Positions 52,180 through 64,000 of a stretch of DNA of 64,000 nt are shown piece by piece. Position 1 is the first letter of the stretch; every line of letters starts with the position of its first letter. A model generated the notes under the pieces. The model worked only from the letters and a program-made list of their open reading frames with translations, made no database searches and was not told the origin of the DNA. The DNA lies in contig JAHRHZ010000031.1 in the NCBI GenBank assembly GCA_024137785.1, positions 3,643,725-3,707,724 of the forward strand, given 5' to 3'. Both the position numbers and the translations under genes were made by a program. Source of the DNA: Ginglymostoma cirratum (taxonomy: Eukaryota).

Positions 52180-52990
52180 TAGAATTTCCAGTTTCGAGGA
52201 GCAGAAAACTTTGTTCTAGCCCCAATTACATCACCACCCCCCCCGGCAACTGTCTGAACCTGAATCAAGCTGTTCACAGCTTCAGTCTCCTACTTAAGCC
52301 TGAGCTGAATTTCTGATAACACCTCTTCACCATCGCAAAAAATGCCTGCTTCCACCTCTGTTCAAGCCAAGCTAGCCTCCTGGCCAGGCACAGGCATTTG
52401 GCAATACCTGAACCTGAAGGAAATTGCATGCGATTGAAGTACCCACTTTTATTTTGAGTGTTTTTAAGCCTTATTGTCCATCAACTCTTGTGCCCCGGTT
52501 TCCCAGCATCTGCTATTGAGACCATCATTTGTGTATCTGCCCTTCCTCACATTAATTTCACTGCTCTTCTTGCTGTCCTCCCACATTCTCTTCCCCTCCA
52601 AAAAACTCTACTGTCCGTATCTTAATGTGCATGAATTCCCTTTTGCCCGTTCTGTGTCTTGGTTTACCTAATCAGCCCATCACCCGGCAGTGCTTTGATT
52701 TTAAAATGTTTATTCTGTGTTTCTCTTGCAACCTGAAAAGTGCCAATATCCCTCCAATTCTAGGTTCTTGTACATCCTTGGTTTTGATGCTTGCTTTGTC
52801 TTTGGTTCTCTAGAACCTAAGCATTGACATTTTCTACTTACCCCACAGCCTCATTCACCTCCTTAAGTGCCTATTTAACCTGTCCTATCCTGTGCGTTAG
52901 TGTCAGTACTTTTTTTCTGATAAGTAAAGCACCTTAGGATGTTTTTAACTACAGTGACAGTGCTATCTGAGTATAAGTAGTTGTTTTTCT
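52180..52990 (+). mobile_element. Very old L2-type LINE 3' remnant
   Basis: aatgcctgcttccacctc; end motif gtaaagcaccttaggatgttt...gtgctat...ataagtagttgtt. Confidence 0.55.
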
Positions 52991-55187
52991 TCCATATACT
53001 GTGATCCTCAACATGGTATTATTTTGAGAACCCAAAACTTAATGTATTGGTTACAGTAAAACAGCTGGTGTGCATGGTTACTCAAAGATTGGTACGTACA
53101 CCATTTTCTGTTTCACTCTGAAATTAAGTTTTTAAAAATGGGGAGAATATATTGTACAAAAAGGATCAAGTATATGGAATTTTTTAAAAAAGTCTGTAGA
53201 TTGGGTTTTAATCTAAGACCACAGTTGTTCCATTGACATCTTTATCCTCTTTACCAGTAGTGTTGAAATTTTGTCAATGTCCTTGAGTTCTTGGTGAACG
53301 GATATTTTCCCTGTATGCTTTACCACTGGGCACTGTTTCTCAAGAAGCTAAGTAAAATAGAGGGACAGAGAGTAAGCCTTCCAGTTCAGCTGTTATAGAT
53401 CCATGTGATTCTCTCGCTGCCACAAAACTGTTGCTTGAAGTTCATTTTCACTTCTGTATTCCCATGACTGGCTTCACTGTTCTTTTTAAGCTGGATAATT
53501 CACAAGCAACTCTCATTCCAATGTGTGAGTTTCCAGAAATGTGCAAATCAACTAGGAGGTACTGATCTGAGTCCTAGTGTTTTTTTATAATGTTAGTTGC
53601 AGTTCAGACTGGGCCTTATTTATTGATGGTCAACAAGCTTGGTACAACCAAATTAGGTGAGCATTCTCCCCATCTTAAGTCTGTGTTTTTCCTTTTTTAA
53701 AATCATCTTAGTCCATGAAAGGTCCCAGGTATTAAAACTTTATAACAATTTCAAAATATTGCAACATGCAGCATCAAAAGATGACTGCATACTTCCTGTC
53801 CACCTTGCTACTCAATCACACTTCAAAAATAAATATGGAAACATAATTGTATATATTTTAGTTATTTATCCATATAAAATAGTCCCTTGAGTTTCCAAAA
53901 GATTACGCTGGTATTCCCTAAATCAACCAAAACCAACACACAAGATTGATAAATTTCAAGTTCAAATTGATTTTCATGGTCTTGTGCATTAGTTTGTAAA
54001 ACATTGCTCTGGAAACAAACTCTGAACATAATGAGTACTGGCCATACCACCAGGTTGAATTATTCACCATTTCAGGTTTCTGTTAATTGCACCCATATTT
54101 ATGCAGATCAACACTCGTGTTAAAATTACCGTGGCACCTTTAGCCACAGGCCCTAATAAACATCTTTTTAAAAAGTTTTATTTAAATTATCTAGTAGTGG
54201 TTTTGCATAGTTGTACAAAGTTATTTTTAGTTACTTTGGCATAACAGGACACTGACTAAATTCTTTTGTAAGATAACTTTATAGCAGTATTAATAAAACT
54301 GCAATGTATTAACACTCTTACCTCTTGCAAGGAATACATTTTAATACAGTCTATTAAAAAATTAAGTGCTAAAACATTGCCATATTGGTGCTGCTTTAAG
54401 GAAGATTTTGCTGTTGGAGTTTTGCAAAAGGCATTGACCTGAAACTTGGAAAAATAACTTCTGGAAACTAGCTGAATTTTGAGCAAATTATACTCAAACC
54501 AGAATCTCTTGGTCTATAATATGCCTATAACAGGCACACCCCTTTTGGCTCACTTGCTTCCCATGTTGTACTCTTGACCAGCATTTAATTGCTGACATTT
54601 TCATTGACAGTTGTATCCTTGGTAAGAAGGAAGAATGTAATTTTAATATCTCCGGTAAACTATTGAAAAGAAAACTTAATGGTAGTAAGGAGTAACACAA
54701 CAAACCAGGAATTAAGCTTAAAGGAGGTGTCACCTCGGGCACAGTCCTGAATATTCAACTTTCAATCTCTTTTTAAATTCATTCATGGGTTGTGAGATTT
54801 GCTGTTTGGCCCAGCATTTACTGACCATCCTTAGTTTGCCTTTGAGAAGAGACTTAACAGGTGGTGAAGTGTCCCTGTTTTGCAACTGCATACATTGTGT
54901 GAAATTGATACTGGTAGCTTTGCTCAAGTAGTTTTGACCAGCAGCAGAAGTCATTCGTAAAGTACTACAAACGTAATGTCTGATTTCCACACAATAGAAT
55001 AGTGAATTAGCCCTCATTATTCCAAGTTTATTGTGCATGAATCCATAAATGACTTCTTTTTAATTATTCATAGGACATTACTTGACCAGGATCTCACATG
55101 AGCAGGTAATGAGCCAAGAATTTGCACAAGCAAGTGCTTTTCAGATGAAACGTTAAATAGAAGCCTATTCATACTGTTAAATCTGTT

Positions 55188-55945
55188 GTTATTCATTCGT
55201 GGGATATGAGTGTCACTAGCTGGGCCAGCATTTATTGCCCATCCCTAGTTGCCCTTGAGAAGGTGGTAGTGATCTGCCTTCATGAACTGCCATAGCTCAT
55301 GTACCGTTGGCGGCCTACGCTGCCGTTAGGGTGGGAATTCCAGAATTTTAACCCAGTGGCATTGAAGGAATGGCAATCTATTTCCAAGTCTGGATGGTAA
55401 GTTGCTTGGAGGGGATTCTGGTATTCCTATGTATATGCTGCTCTTGTTTTTCTGGATTGAAGTAGTCATGGGTTTGGAAGATACTGTATGAGGAGCCTTG
55501 GTAAACTTCAGTTATGCATCTTGTAGATGGCACACAGAGTGGCTACTGAGCATCAGTGATGGAGAGAGTGAACGTTTGTGAATGTGGTCCAAATGAAGCA
55601 AATTGTTTGTCTTGGATGGTGTCAAACTTCTTGAGTGTTTTTGGAGCTTCACACATTTAAAAGCAAATGGGTAGTATTCCATTTCACTCCTGACTTGTGC
55701 TGTGTAAATGTTGACAGGATTTGGGGAGTTGTGAGATGTGTTCCTCTTTGTAGGATTCCTAGCCTCTGACCTGCTCTTGTAGCCAGTGTACTTATATGGC
55801 TAGTTTCGGTGAGTTTCTGGTTAATGGTAACCCCCAGGATGTTGATAGTGAAGGATTCAGTAGTGGTAACACCATTGAATGTTAAGAGACAATGGTTAGG
55901 GTTTTCTGGAGATGGTCATTGCCTGGTGTTTGTGGCTTGAATGCG
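55188..55945 (-). mobile_element. CR1-type LINE 3' fragment
   Basis: ttattcattcgtgggatatgagtgtcactagctgggccagcatttattgcccatcc terminus; collinear with 24490-25020 and 33620-33900. Confidence 0.8.
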
Positions 55946-56701
55946 CTTTGGAGAGACAGCCCTATTTGCAGAGCGTAATGGGTATCAGGAATTAGTTTTC
56001 CTTGTATCTTTAAAAGAAAATCAAACATGTCGTCCATTGTGCATGAATCCTTTCTAAGGGCATCAACTTCAGTTTGTAGCCATCTACCTTGCTTAAGATT
56101 ACAGCATTCTTCATTTGGAAAAGTCAGGTTTTCTGTAAGACTACTTGGATTCTGGTTGTGTGTATTCTTATATCTTCCATTAAATCTGTGCAATAATGTG
56201 TTTGCATTGTCTTTTGATGTCATGCTCTTTGATGTGTAATAATATTTGCAATGTTGAAGAAATTTGATGAGCACCTTGTGGTTTAGTTCAGGATGATAGT
56301 GATCTAGTTCCAAGCAACTTGTGACATTATCATCAAAATACACCAAAATTTCAGTCCTCTGGCACCCTCAACTGTATAAACAATATTTTTTGAATATCCC
56401 TTTCAGCAGTGCAAAACTAAAACGTTGTACACAATCAGAATAGTCCTTAGGAAATGTAGGCTGCAGCTGAAACACAACATGCAAAATCAATATAGTGGAA
56501 CACGAAGCAGCTTAAATTCTTCTGGCCTAGATTTGAAGAGTTGATTTAATAGTTAAGCAAATTGATTTTCCTTCATTATTTAGCAGTTTAACAAGCATTT
56601 TATTTCGATTGGAAGGCTTTTCACTTGGAAGGAAGTTTATACATTTAATTAATTAAACTACCCATGTGCAGGCATTGTTTTGTCTTTCAGTTTAATATTT
56701 G

Positions 56702-56717
56702 TCTCTAGGTGGCAGTG
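56702..56717 (+). promoter_or_regulatory. Candidate CTCF site (TCTCTAGGTGGCAGTG)
   Basis: Matches CTCF core CCxCTAGGTGGCAG except the first C; motif match only. Confidence 0.55.
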
Positions 56718-57607
56718 TCTTAGTCTACATCCTTTCCCCTAGGCCTGAGAGCAAAGTTGCAAATAAGTTGTATCGTAATAGTCTCAGCATAGTTGTGATG
56801 AAATTACGTATACAGCGCAAATAAATCCTACATCTAAATATAATTTTCTAGATAGCAATTTTATACTTGAATGTGTTATGCACTTAAGCAAAACACTTGG
56901 GGGTTTGTTGAGATTGGGAAAAATTCATAGTCACATGTCATTGTAACTTAAAGGTTTAAAGGGAAAATGTATGATTAAGAGATGTATTTTGAATAAATCC
57001 ACGGGGTTTTAATGAAAAAGAGAACAATTGTTCTAGACTTGCTTTGCTCCTTGCACGAATATTTGAGGCAGTTCTGAAATGATTGCATGTTTGATGACAA
57101 CTCACACGGCCTTTCTTTCTGTCAGCTTTTCGAGATCTTGCAATGAAACAAGGCACCTGATTTAGCATGATTTGTTTTCCAAATAAAGTCCCAAGCCTAA
57201 CTTGAGAGTCAATATGGTGTTGTTGAAACGTAACCCATAAGGGCATATGTTGATGTTCTTTGCCAAGCCTATAATTAACGTTTTGCTGTGGTGGATTTTA
57301 ATGTATTTGAAAGAGGAAGCAGAAGAATTATTGAGTCATTTTCTTGCTGAATAGAGACTTTTTTTTGTTTTAATTGTCTGTTGCAAAGTAGCAGAGTTTT
57401 TTTTATGGGGCAAACAATTCCTTCCTTCCTTAGTTATGCAAAACTTTTTAAACTGGGAGTTGCATAAATGAGCAGGCATAGCATAACTGCCTTTCACCTT
57501 TGATCGCAAATTGGCTGAATATTTGTTGAAAGAATTAGACGTAAATTGACTTTTGGACATTCTGAAATTAACCATAACGCCACAGCACAAACCAAAATGT
57601 TGCTAAT

Positions 57608-57798
57608 TGGTGGAGCAAGCTCAAGGTACCAAGTGGTCTACATCATTTGCTAAGTTAATTCGGCATCTGTGTGGCTATTAATGTACATGTACATGAGGGT
57701 GGAGCATGTGTGGGGTAAGCGTCTGTTATCCAACCTTAATTCTGAATGCAATTTGGAAAAGAATATAGACCACTTGGCACCTTGAGCTTGCTCCACCA
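57608..57798. repeat. 33-bp inverted repeat (32/33) with 125-nt spacer, derived from CR1 tail sequence
   Basis: tggtggagcaagctcaaggtaccaagtggtcta vs tagaccacttggcaccttgagcttgctccacca. Confidence 0.92.
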
Positions 57799-57849
57799 GT
57801 CGGCAAGATCACAGTTGATCTGATTATTCCACATTGCCCCTACATTGAG

Positions 57850-58160
57850 AAGGTGAATTACTGCAGTGCATCTTGTAGATGGTGCACACAGTTGCCACTG
57901 TGCATTGGTGGTGAAAGGACTGCATGTACAAGGTGGTGGAAGGGATATCTATCAAGCAAGCTGCTTTGTACTACTGGATGGTGTCGACTTTCTTAAGTGT
58001 TGTTGGAATTGTACTCATCCAGGCAAGTAGGGAATATTCCATCACGCTCCTGACTCGTGCCTGTGGCCAGGCTCTGAGTAGTTATGAAGTGAGTTACAAC
58101 AGAATTCCTAGCCTCTGACCCGGAGCTGTAGACACAATATTTAAGTGGCTGGTCCAATAC
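57850..58160 (-). mobile_element. CR1-type fragment (family of 55188-55945)
   Basis: gcatcttgtagatgg...ctggatggtgtcgactttcttaagtgttgttgga shared sequence. Confidence 0.7.
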
Positions 58161-58284
58161 ACTGGTTTTTAACGGCTAACAAAAATGAAGTTGATCAATG
58201 AAACTGAATAAATGCAGGTTTGTAACATAGAAAATTAAAGCAGCAAACGTTTTGTTTTCATCTTCACTCTGGGGGTGTGCCCTT

Positions 58285-61170
58285 GGGTCCGAGTCTCTCC
58301 TATTAATGGAGCCATCTTATCCGCATCTGCTTTGTCCAGGCCTTAAGGTAGTCTGTAAATTTCAATCAGATCCAAACCCCCCACCCCCACCGCAACTCAA
58401 GCAATAAGAACCAATTACTCCTCACATAACAAGCCCTTCACCCCCGGCATCGTTTTTCGTAAACTTCCTCTGGACCCTCTCCAATGCCAGGGACATCCTT
58501 CCTTAGATACGGGGATCAAAACTGCTCACAGTGTTCCCAATGACATCAGAACAGAGCCTTACACAGCCACAGCAATACATCTCTGCCCGTGTATTCTAAC
58601 CCTCTTGAAATGAATGCTCACATTGCATTTGCCTTCCTAACTCCCAACTGAACCTTAATGTTAACCTTAAGAGAATCCTGAACTAGGACTCCTAAGTCCT
58701 TTTCAGCTTCAGATTTGAAGCTTTTTCCTGTTTAGAAAATAATCTGTGCCTCTATTCTTCCACAGAAGTGCAGAACCTCACACTTTCCCACCTCTGCCAC
58801 TTTGTTGCCGATTCTCCTAGCCTGTCCAAGACTTTCTGCAGCTTCCCCGCTTCAAAAGAAGAACAGAAGAGAAGTATAGCACAGGAGCAGGCCCTTCAGC
58901 CTTCCAAGCCTGTCCCGATCATCATGTCCTGACTAAACTAATAAACAAACCTTCTGCCCTTACTCGGTCTGTATCTCTCTATTCCCTCCCTATTCATGTA
59001 ACCATTTGATGCCTCTTAAATGCCACCAACGTGCCTGCTTCCGCCACCACCTCTGGCAATGCATTCCAGGCTCCTACCACACTCTGTGGAAAAACTTTCC
59101 TCGCAAATTTCTCTTAAATTTTTTCCCTCTCACCTTGAACCTGTGCTCCCTTGTAATTGAAACTTCAATCCTGGGGAAAAAGCCTCTGACTATCCACCCT
59201 ATCTCGATCTCTCATAATTTTGTAGACCTCTATCAGGTCTCCTCTCAGTTGCCGTATTTCCAGTTAAGACAACCCTAGTCTTTTTGACCTTTCTTCATAG
59301 CCAATGCCCTCGAGACTAGGCAACATCCTGGTGAACCTTCTCTGTACACTCTCCAAAGCTTACACGTCCTTCTGGTAATGTGGCGACCAAAACTGCACAC
59401 AATACTCCAAATGCAGCTTATCAAGGTGTTTCATATAACTGCAACATCTTTTGCCAACTCTTGTACTCCATTGCCATACATGGAGTACAACCCTGATGAT
59501 GGCAATCATGCCGTATGCCTTCTTAATCACTTTGGCCACTTATGTTGCCACTTTCAGAGAACTGTGGACCTGCGCGCCCAGATCCATCTGTATGTTAATG
59601 TTTCGAAGGATTCTGCTGTTAACAGTATAATTCACACCTAAATTTGATTGTCCAAAATGCATCAATTCACATTTGTCTGGATTAAACTCCATCTGCCATT
59701 TCTGTGCCCAAGTTGCCACTCTATCTATATCCTGTTGTATCTTTTCATAATTGTCGGTGCTATTAGCATCTCCACCAATCTTTGTGTCATCTGCAAAATT
59801 ACTAATCAGATCACCCACATTTTCCTCCAGATCATTTATATATACTACAGACAACAGAGGACCTAAGACTGATCCCTGTGGAACACCGCTAGTTACCGGT
59901 CTCCATTCTGAAAAACCCCCTTCCACCACTACCCTCGGTCTTATATGACATCATCAACACTACCTGTCCCTTCACGTACCCTTGTGTCATCTGCAAACAT
60001 AGCAATAATGCCCTCAGTTCCTTAGTCCAGATCGTTAATACATAACATGAATGCTTGTGGTGCCAACACCAACCCTGTGGAACTCCACTACTGACTGGCT
60101 GCCATCTGAAAAAAGAACCTTTTATTCCTACCGTCTGCCATCAGCTAATCCTCTGTCCAAACCAATACCTTGACCCTAACACCATTGTCTTTTATCTCTC
60201 ATTTAGCATATTCCTGTCTGGCTCCTTACCTCCTTCTGACAAAGCTGTAAAAAGTACTCTGCAATCTCATCCTTAATAATGGACTCAAAAATCTTACAAC
60301 GACTGAGGTCAGACTAACTGGCAGATTAGTTTCCTGTTTTCTGCCTCCTGCCTCCTTCCCTTATTAGGTAACATTGTTAACGCCCCTCAACTATCTCATT
60401 CAGAACTCTGTAGTCCATTTGATCCAGGTAATTTATCCACCTTCAGACCTTGTAGCTTTCCCAGCACCTTCTCCTTAGTGATGGCCACTACACTCACCTC
60501 TGCCCCCAACTCTCTCGAAGTTCTGGTACACTGCTGGTGTCTTCCTCTGTGAAAACTGATGCAAAGTACCTATTCAGTCCCCAGCCATTTTATCCCTATT
60601 ACTCATTCTCCAGCCTCACTTTTACTGAGCTAATTTCCATTTGTGCCCCTCTCTTACCTTTTAGATATGTTAAAAGAAACTCTCGCAGTCTTCTTTTACA
60701 TTACTATCTATATATCTATAGATATCTATATACTATCTCATATTTTGTCTTCTTGCCCCTTTTTTTTTAAAGTTATCCTCTACTCATTTTTAAAGGCTTG
60801 CCAATCCTCTGGTTTCCCACTAATCTTCACATTGTCTGCTTTTTCTTTTGCTTGTATGCTGTCCCTGACTTCACTTATCAGCCTCAGTGCCTTGTCCTCC
60901 CTGTTGTATGTTTCTTCTCTGGAAAGAATTTCTGCTTTGTCTCCTGAATTATCCCCAGAAACTCCTGCCATTGCTGCTCCACCATCTTCCCTGCCGGACT
61001 CCCCTTCCAAGCAACTCTGGCCAGATGATCCCTCATGTCTTTGTAGTTACCTTTACCGAACTGTAAAACCATTACATCTGATTCCAGCTTCTCCCCCCTC
61101 AAACTGTAGGGTTAATTCTATCATATTATAGTCACTGCCCCCGAGGGGTTCCTTTACCTTCAGCTCCCTT
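58285..61170 (-). mobile_element. CR1 LINE (outer) interrupted by another CR1 at ~58856-59945
   Basis: RT sequence breaks at ...gcttccccgcttc and resumes at tcaacactacctgtccc (~59954); upstream ORF2 remnants LQFGKGNYKDMRDHLARVAW, KISGKPEDWQAFK. Confidence 0.85.
58856..59945 (-). mobile_element. Nested younger CR1 LINE fragment
   Basis: ORF 59540..59929 SGVPQGSVLGP..YINDL..FADDTKIGG..WQMEFNPDKC; own 3' tail agaagaacagaag at ~58857. Confidence 0.9.
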
Positions 61171-61229
61171 ATCAACTGTACCTCATTACATATCCCCACA
61201 TCCAGAATTGCATGTTCCCTAGTGGGCTA

Positions 61230-63070
61230 ATTACATTGGTCAGTCTGTGTTTGAGCAATCAGCTGGTACAGAGCTGACTTCAGTGAGGTTAGAATGGTGT
61301 AGTACCAGATAGATTGGCATCAAAAATGGTGGGAAGCCAATGGGCTATCTTCAAAGAGGAGATAGAAGCATAGGATAAACAAATCCAGAGCCCTCTGGAT
61401 AGCAAAGGAATATCAGTTGCGTTAAAGAAAAAAAATGAGCTTATGACCGTTTGGGTTGTAAATATTGTTGAAAAACAAACTGAATGCATAAAGTTCAGAA
61501 AGGACATTTAAAAAAAATCTTCAACAGGAGGAGAGTGAATCATGACAGACTAATGTAAAAGGAAATTCTGATGTGCTCTATAAGCACACAAATAATGGAA
61601 GGTAGTAAAGGCTATCAAAAAAAGGGATTTGCACATGGAGGCAAGAGACCTGGCTAAGGTGTTAAGAGGCACTGGCCATAATCTGTCAGTCTTTCCTGGA
61701 CCAGGGGTGTTGCCAGAGGATTGGAGAATGGAAACATTGCACCCTTGTTCAAAAACAGTTGTGAGGATAGGCACGGCAAATACAGGCCAGTCAAGTTAAA
61801 TTTGATGGCGGGAAAACTTCTGGAAAATAATTATTCAGAGTAGAATTAATAGTCACGTGGAAAAAGAATGGGTTGACTGTGAGGATTCAGCGTGGATTTG
61901 TTGTGAGAAAATCATACCTATCTAACTTGTTGGAGATATTCAAAAAGGTAATCGAGAGGGTTAATGAGGGCAAACCATACTTGTGAAGAAACTTATAGGT
62001 CATTAAATAAAAGGGACAGTATCAACATAGCAGATGATGGGAAGAAGGGCATAATGGTACATGGGTGTTTTTCAGACTGAAGGAACCTGTGTGGTTGGAG
62101 TATGCAGGTGCTGAAACTTGCTTCACCTGACATCTGTAAATTATATAGATCATGGCATGGAGTGGACAGTTTCAGAGTTTGTGGATGATGAAGCCTGGAA
62201 ACATTGCAAACTGTGAGGAGAACTTCAAAATAATCAGTTGGTGGGTGAACGTGTTCATAGGTGGCAGATGATGTTCAATGTGGAGAAGTGTGAGGTGATA
62301 TATTTTTGATACAAAGAGCATGGAGAGACAACGTAATATCAGGGGGTGTGTAAAATCAATTTGAAAGGGCGTGAAGGATTAGAGAGAACTGCACGTACAT
62401 GTACAAGTCACTAAAGGGGGCAGGACAAGTAGAGAGAACTATTAATAAAACAGAGCATTCATTTACTAAGGACATAGAGTACAAGAACAGGAAGGTTATG
62501 ATGAACTTGTGTAGGGCCTTGGTTAGAACTCAGCTGAAGTACTGTAGTTCTGGCAGACACACTTTAGGAAGCATGTGGTTACATGGGAAAAAGTAGAGAT
62601 GTTTACAGGAATGATTCCAGGGATGAGAAAATTTAGTTAGAAAGAAAGTTTGGAGAGGTTTGATTGTTTTCCTTGGAGAGGAAAAAGCTGAGGGGAGATT
62701 TGATGAAAGTTTTCGAAACAGTGATGGGGCTGGAGGGTGTAGAGGTGAAGGAACTGTTTCTTGTTAAAGGATTGCGAAATGGACAGAGATCAGTTTAATG
62801 TATTTTGCAAAACAAGCAAATGTGAGGTGAGAAAGTACTTTTTCACACAGTGAGTAGTTTGGTTCTGGAATGCACTGCCTGGAAATATAGTGGGGGCAAG
62901 TTCAACTGAGGCATTCAAGAGGGTATTGCATAATTGTTTAAGTAGAAACCATGTGCAGAGTTTTTAGCAGAAAGACAAGAGATTGACACAAAGACAAGAT
63001 GCTTAGAGAGCCAGTGCAGACAGTGGGCTGAATGGCCTGCACCATATCAATTCTATAGTTCTATGTTCCT
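61230..63070 (+). mobile_element. Decayed CR1 LINE
   Basis: GVLPEDWRM..PLFK, EYKNRKVMMNLCRALVRTQLKYC; tail ttctatagttctatgttc ~63051-63068. Confidence 0.85.
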
Positions 63071-63074
63071 GTGA

Positions 63075-64000
63075 AGGAGAACCTACAGACGGTGCAGGTG
63101 AAAGGCTTGCCAGTGCGTCCTCAGAGGGTTCAGTGACTTCGTCCTCAGAGGCTGAGGTCAAGCTGAGGATAGGCAAGACTTCCCTTTGATATGTGCTGAA
63201 TTCCACTAAAACCAACATAAGAAAAGAGGGGAACTAATAGTGAAAAAGGGGGTAAAAGCTTGTTCAGAGTAAGAATGGGTTAATACTGGCATTAGTGCAG
63301 CACAATACAATGAAACTCACTTGGAGCCACATGGAGATCCCCACGATTGGTCACCCTGTTCTTTGGCCAACTGCAGCATTTTATCCTCACACAGGATGAG
63401 AAGCTTAATGGCTGCCACCTCACTACTGGTGTTGAGAGTCTTTTGATTTTGAGCAATAATGTGAAAAGAACAATTGAGTTTGTGGGAGAGGTGTTAGTGG
63501 TGGTGCAGGAGAGGTGGCAGGTTGTCCTGAATGAGAGAGTAGGAAGTCCAGAGGGCAAGCATGTTGCTTGTTTGAGAGGATGAGGTGGGTGAGAATCATT
63601 GAGTGGACATGCTGCATGTGATAGGGGGAGTTGCAGTCCATTAGCCTTGATAAGAGGTGTGTGCAGTCACAGAGTTAGAGGGAGTTGCGGTGACCCTGTG
63701 CGTGTGAGGTAGCAGGAGCAAATGATGGCACCCGCTCTTGTAGAGTGCCGAAGACCATTGACTTTCTACCTGCATTGCATTTGACCCTGGAGACTATACT
63801 GACCTGGGCTGCTATCCCTATCCAGGCTGGCTTTCTGTGGCCTTCTGTAATAGTCTAGTGGGAACAACACAGCCCTTCTGTCAGTCAGTACATCTAGGAG
63901 CACCTCCTGTTCTCTGTGAAAAGGTGTAACAGCATGTTGTCAGAGGCGGTTGCTGACCTGAAGTGCCTGACGTGCTGTGGAGCCAGGGTTCAAATGTGGG
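63075..64000 (-). mobile_element. Decayed PIF/Harbinger-type Myb/SANT (trihelix) gene remnant
   Basis: Reverse strand 63940-63735 across frameshifts: EQEVLLDVLTDRRAVLFP / PAWIGIAAQVSIVSRV / QCR*KVNGL, fitting the Myb/SANT-like LL..V..R..LF...AW..IA..V....QC.KK.NDL pattern. Confidence 0.6.

Noticed and set aside
55882-56346. 154-aa minus-strand ORF
   Set aside because: No recognisable motif, non-ATG start, and its end runs into a LINE fragment

Overview
Vertebrate nuclear DNA, almost certainly elasmobranch (HE1/V-SINE and HER1/CR1-type repeats). The whole window lies inside the DNA polymerase alpha catalytic subunit gene (POLA1, + strand). Six consecutive GT-AG coding exons (33, 93, 206, 133, 132 and 175 nt) splice in frame into 257 codons covering the family-B palm (YGDTDS), the KKKY motif and the thumb; gene start and end are outside the window. 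Introns hold decayed retroelements (many CR1, L2, Rex1, RTE, two Penelope-like elements, tRNA-SINEs) and a Harbinger Myb/SANT remnant, alternating with repeat-free AT/TAAT-rich blocks that are candidate conserved enhancers (in mammals POLA1 introns host ultraconserved elements of the ARX regulatory block). The most unusual structure is a young CR1 LINE, nested in an old RTE, whose RT frame is split by a 150-bp inverted copy (148/150) of non-LINE intron sequence ~1.3 kb away, flanked by a 10-bp duplication. Its polarity fits an RT template jump onto the host sense strand or nascent POLA1 pre-mRNA. No CRISPR, rRNA, true tRNA or prokaryote-type system is seen. Repeat boundaries and family names are by-eye estimates.
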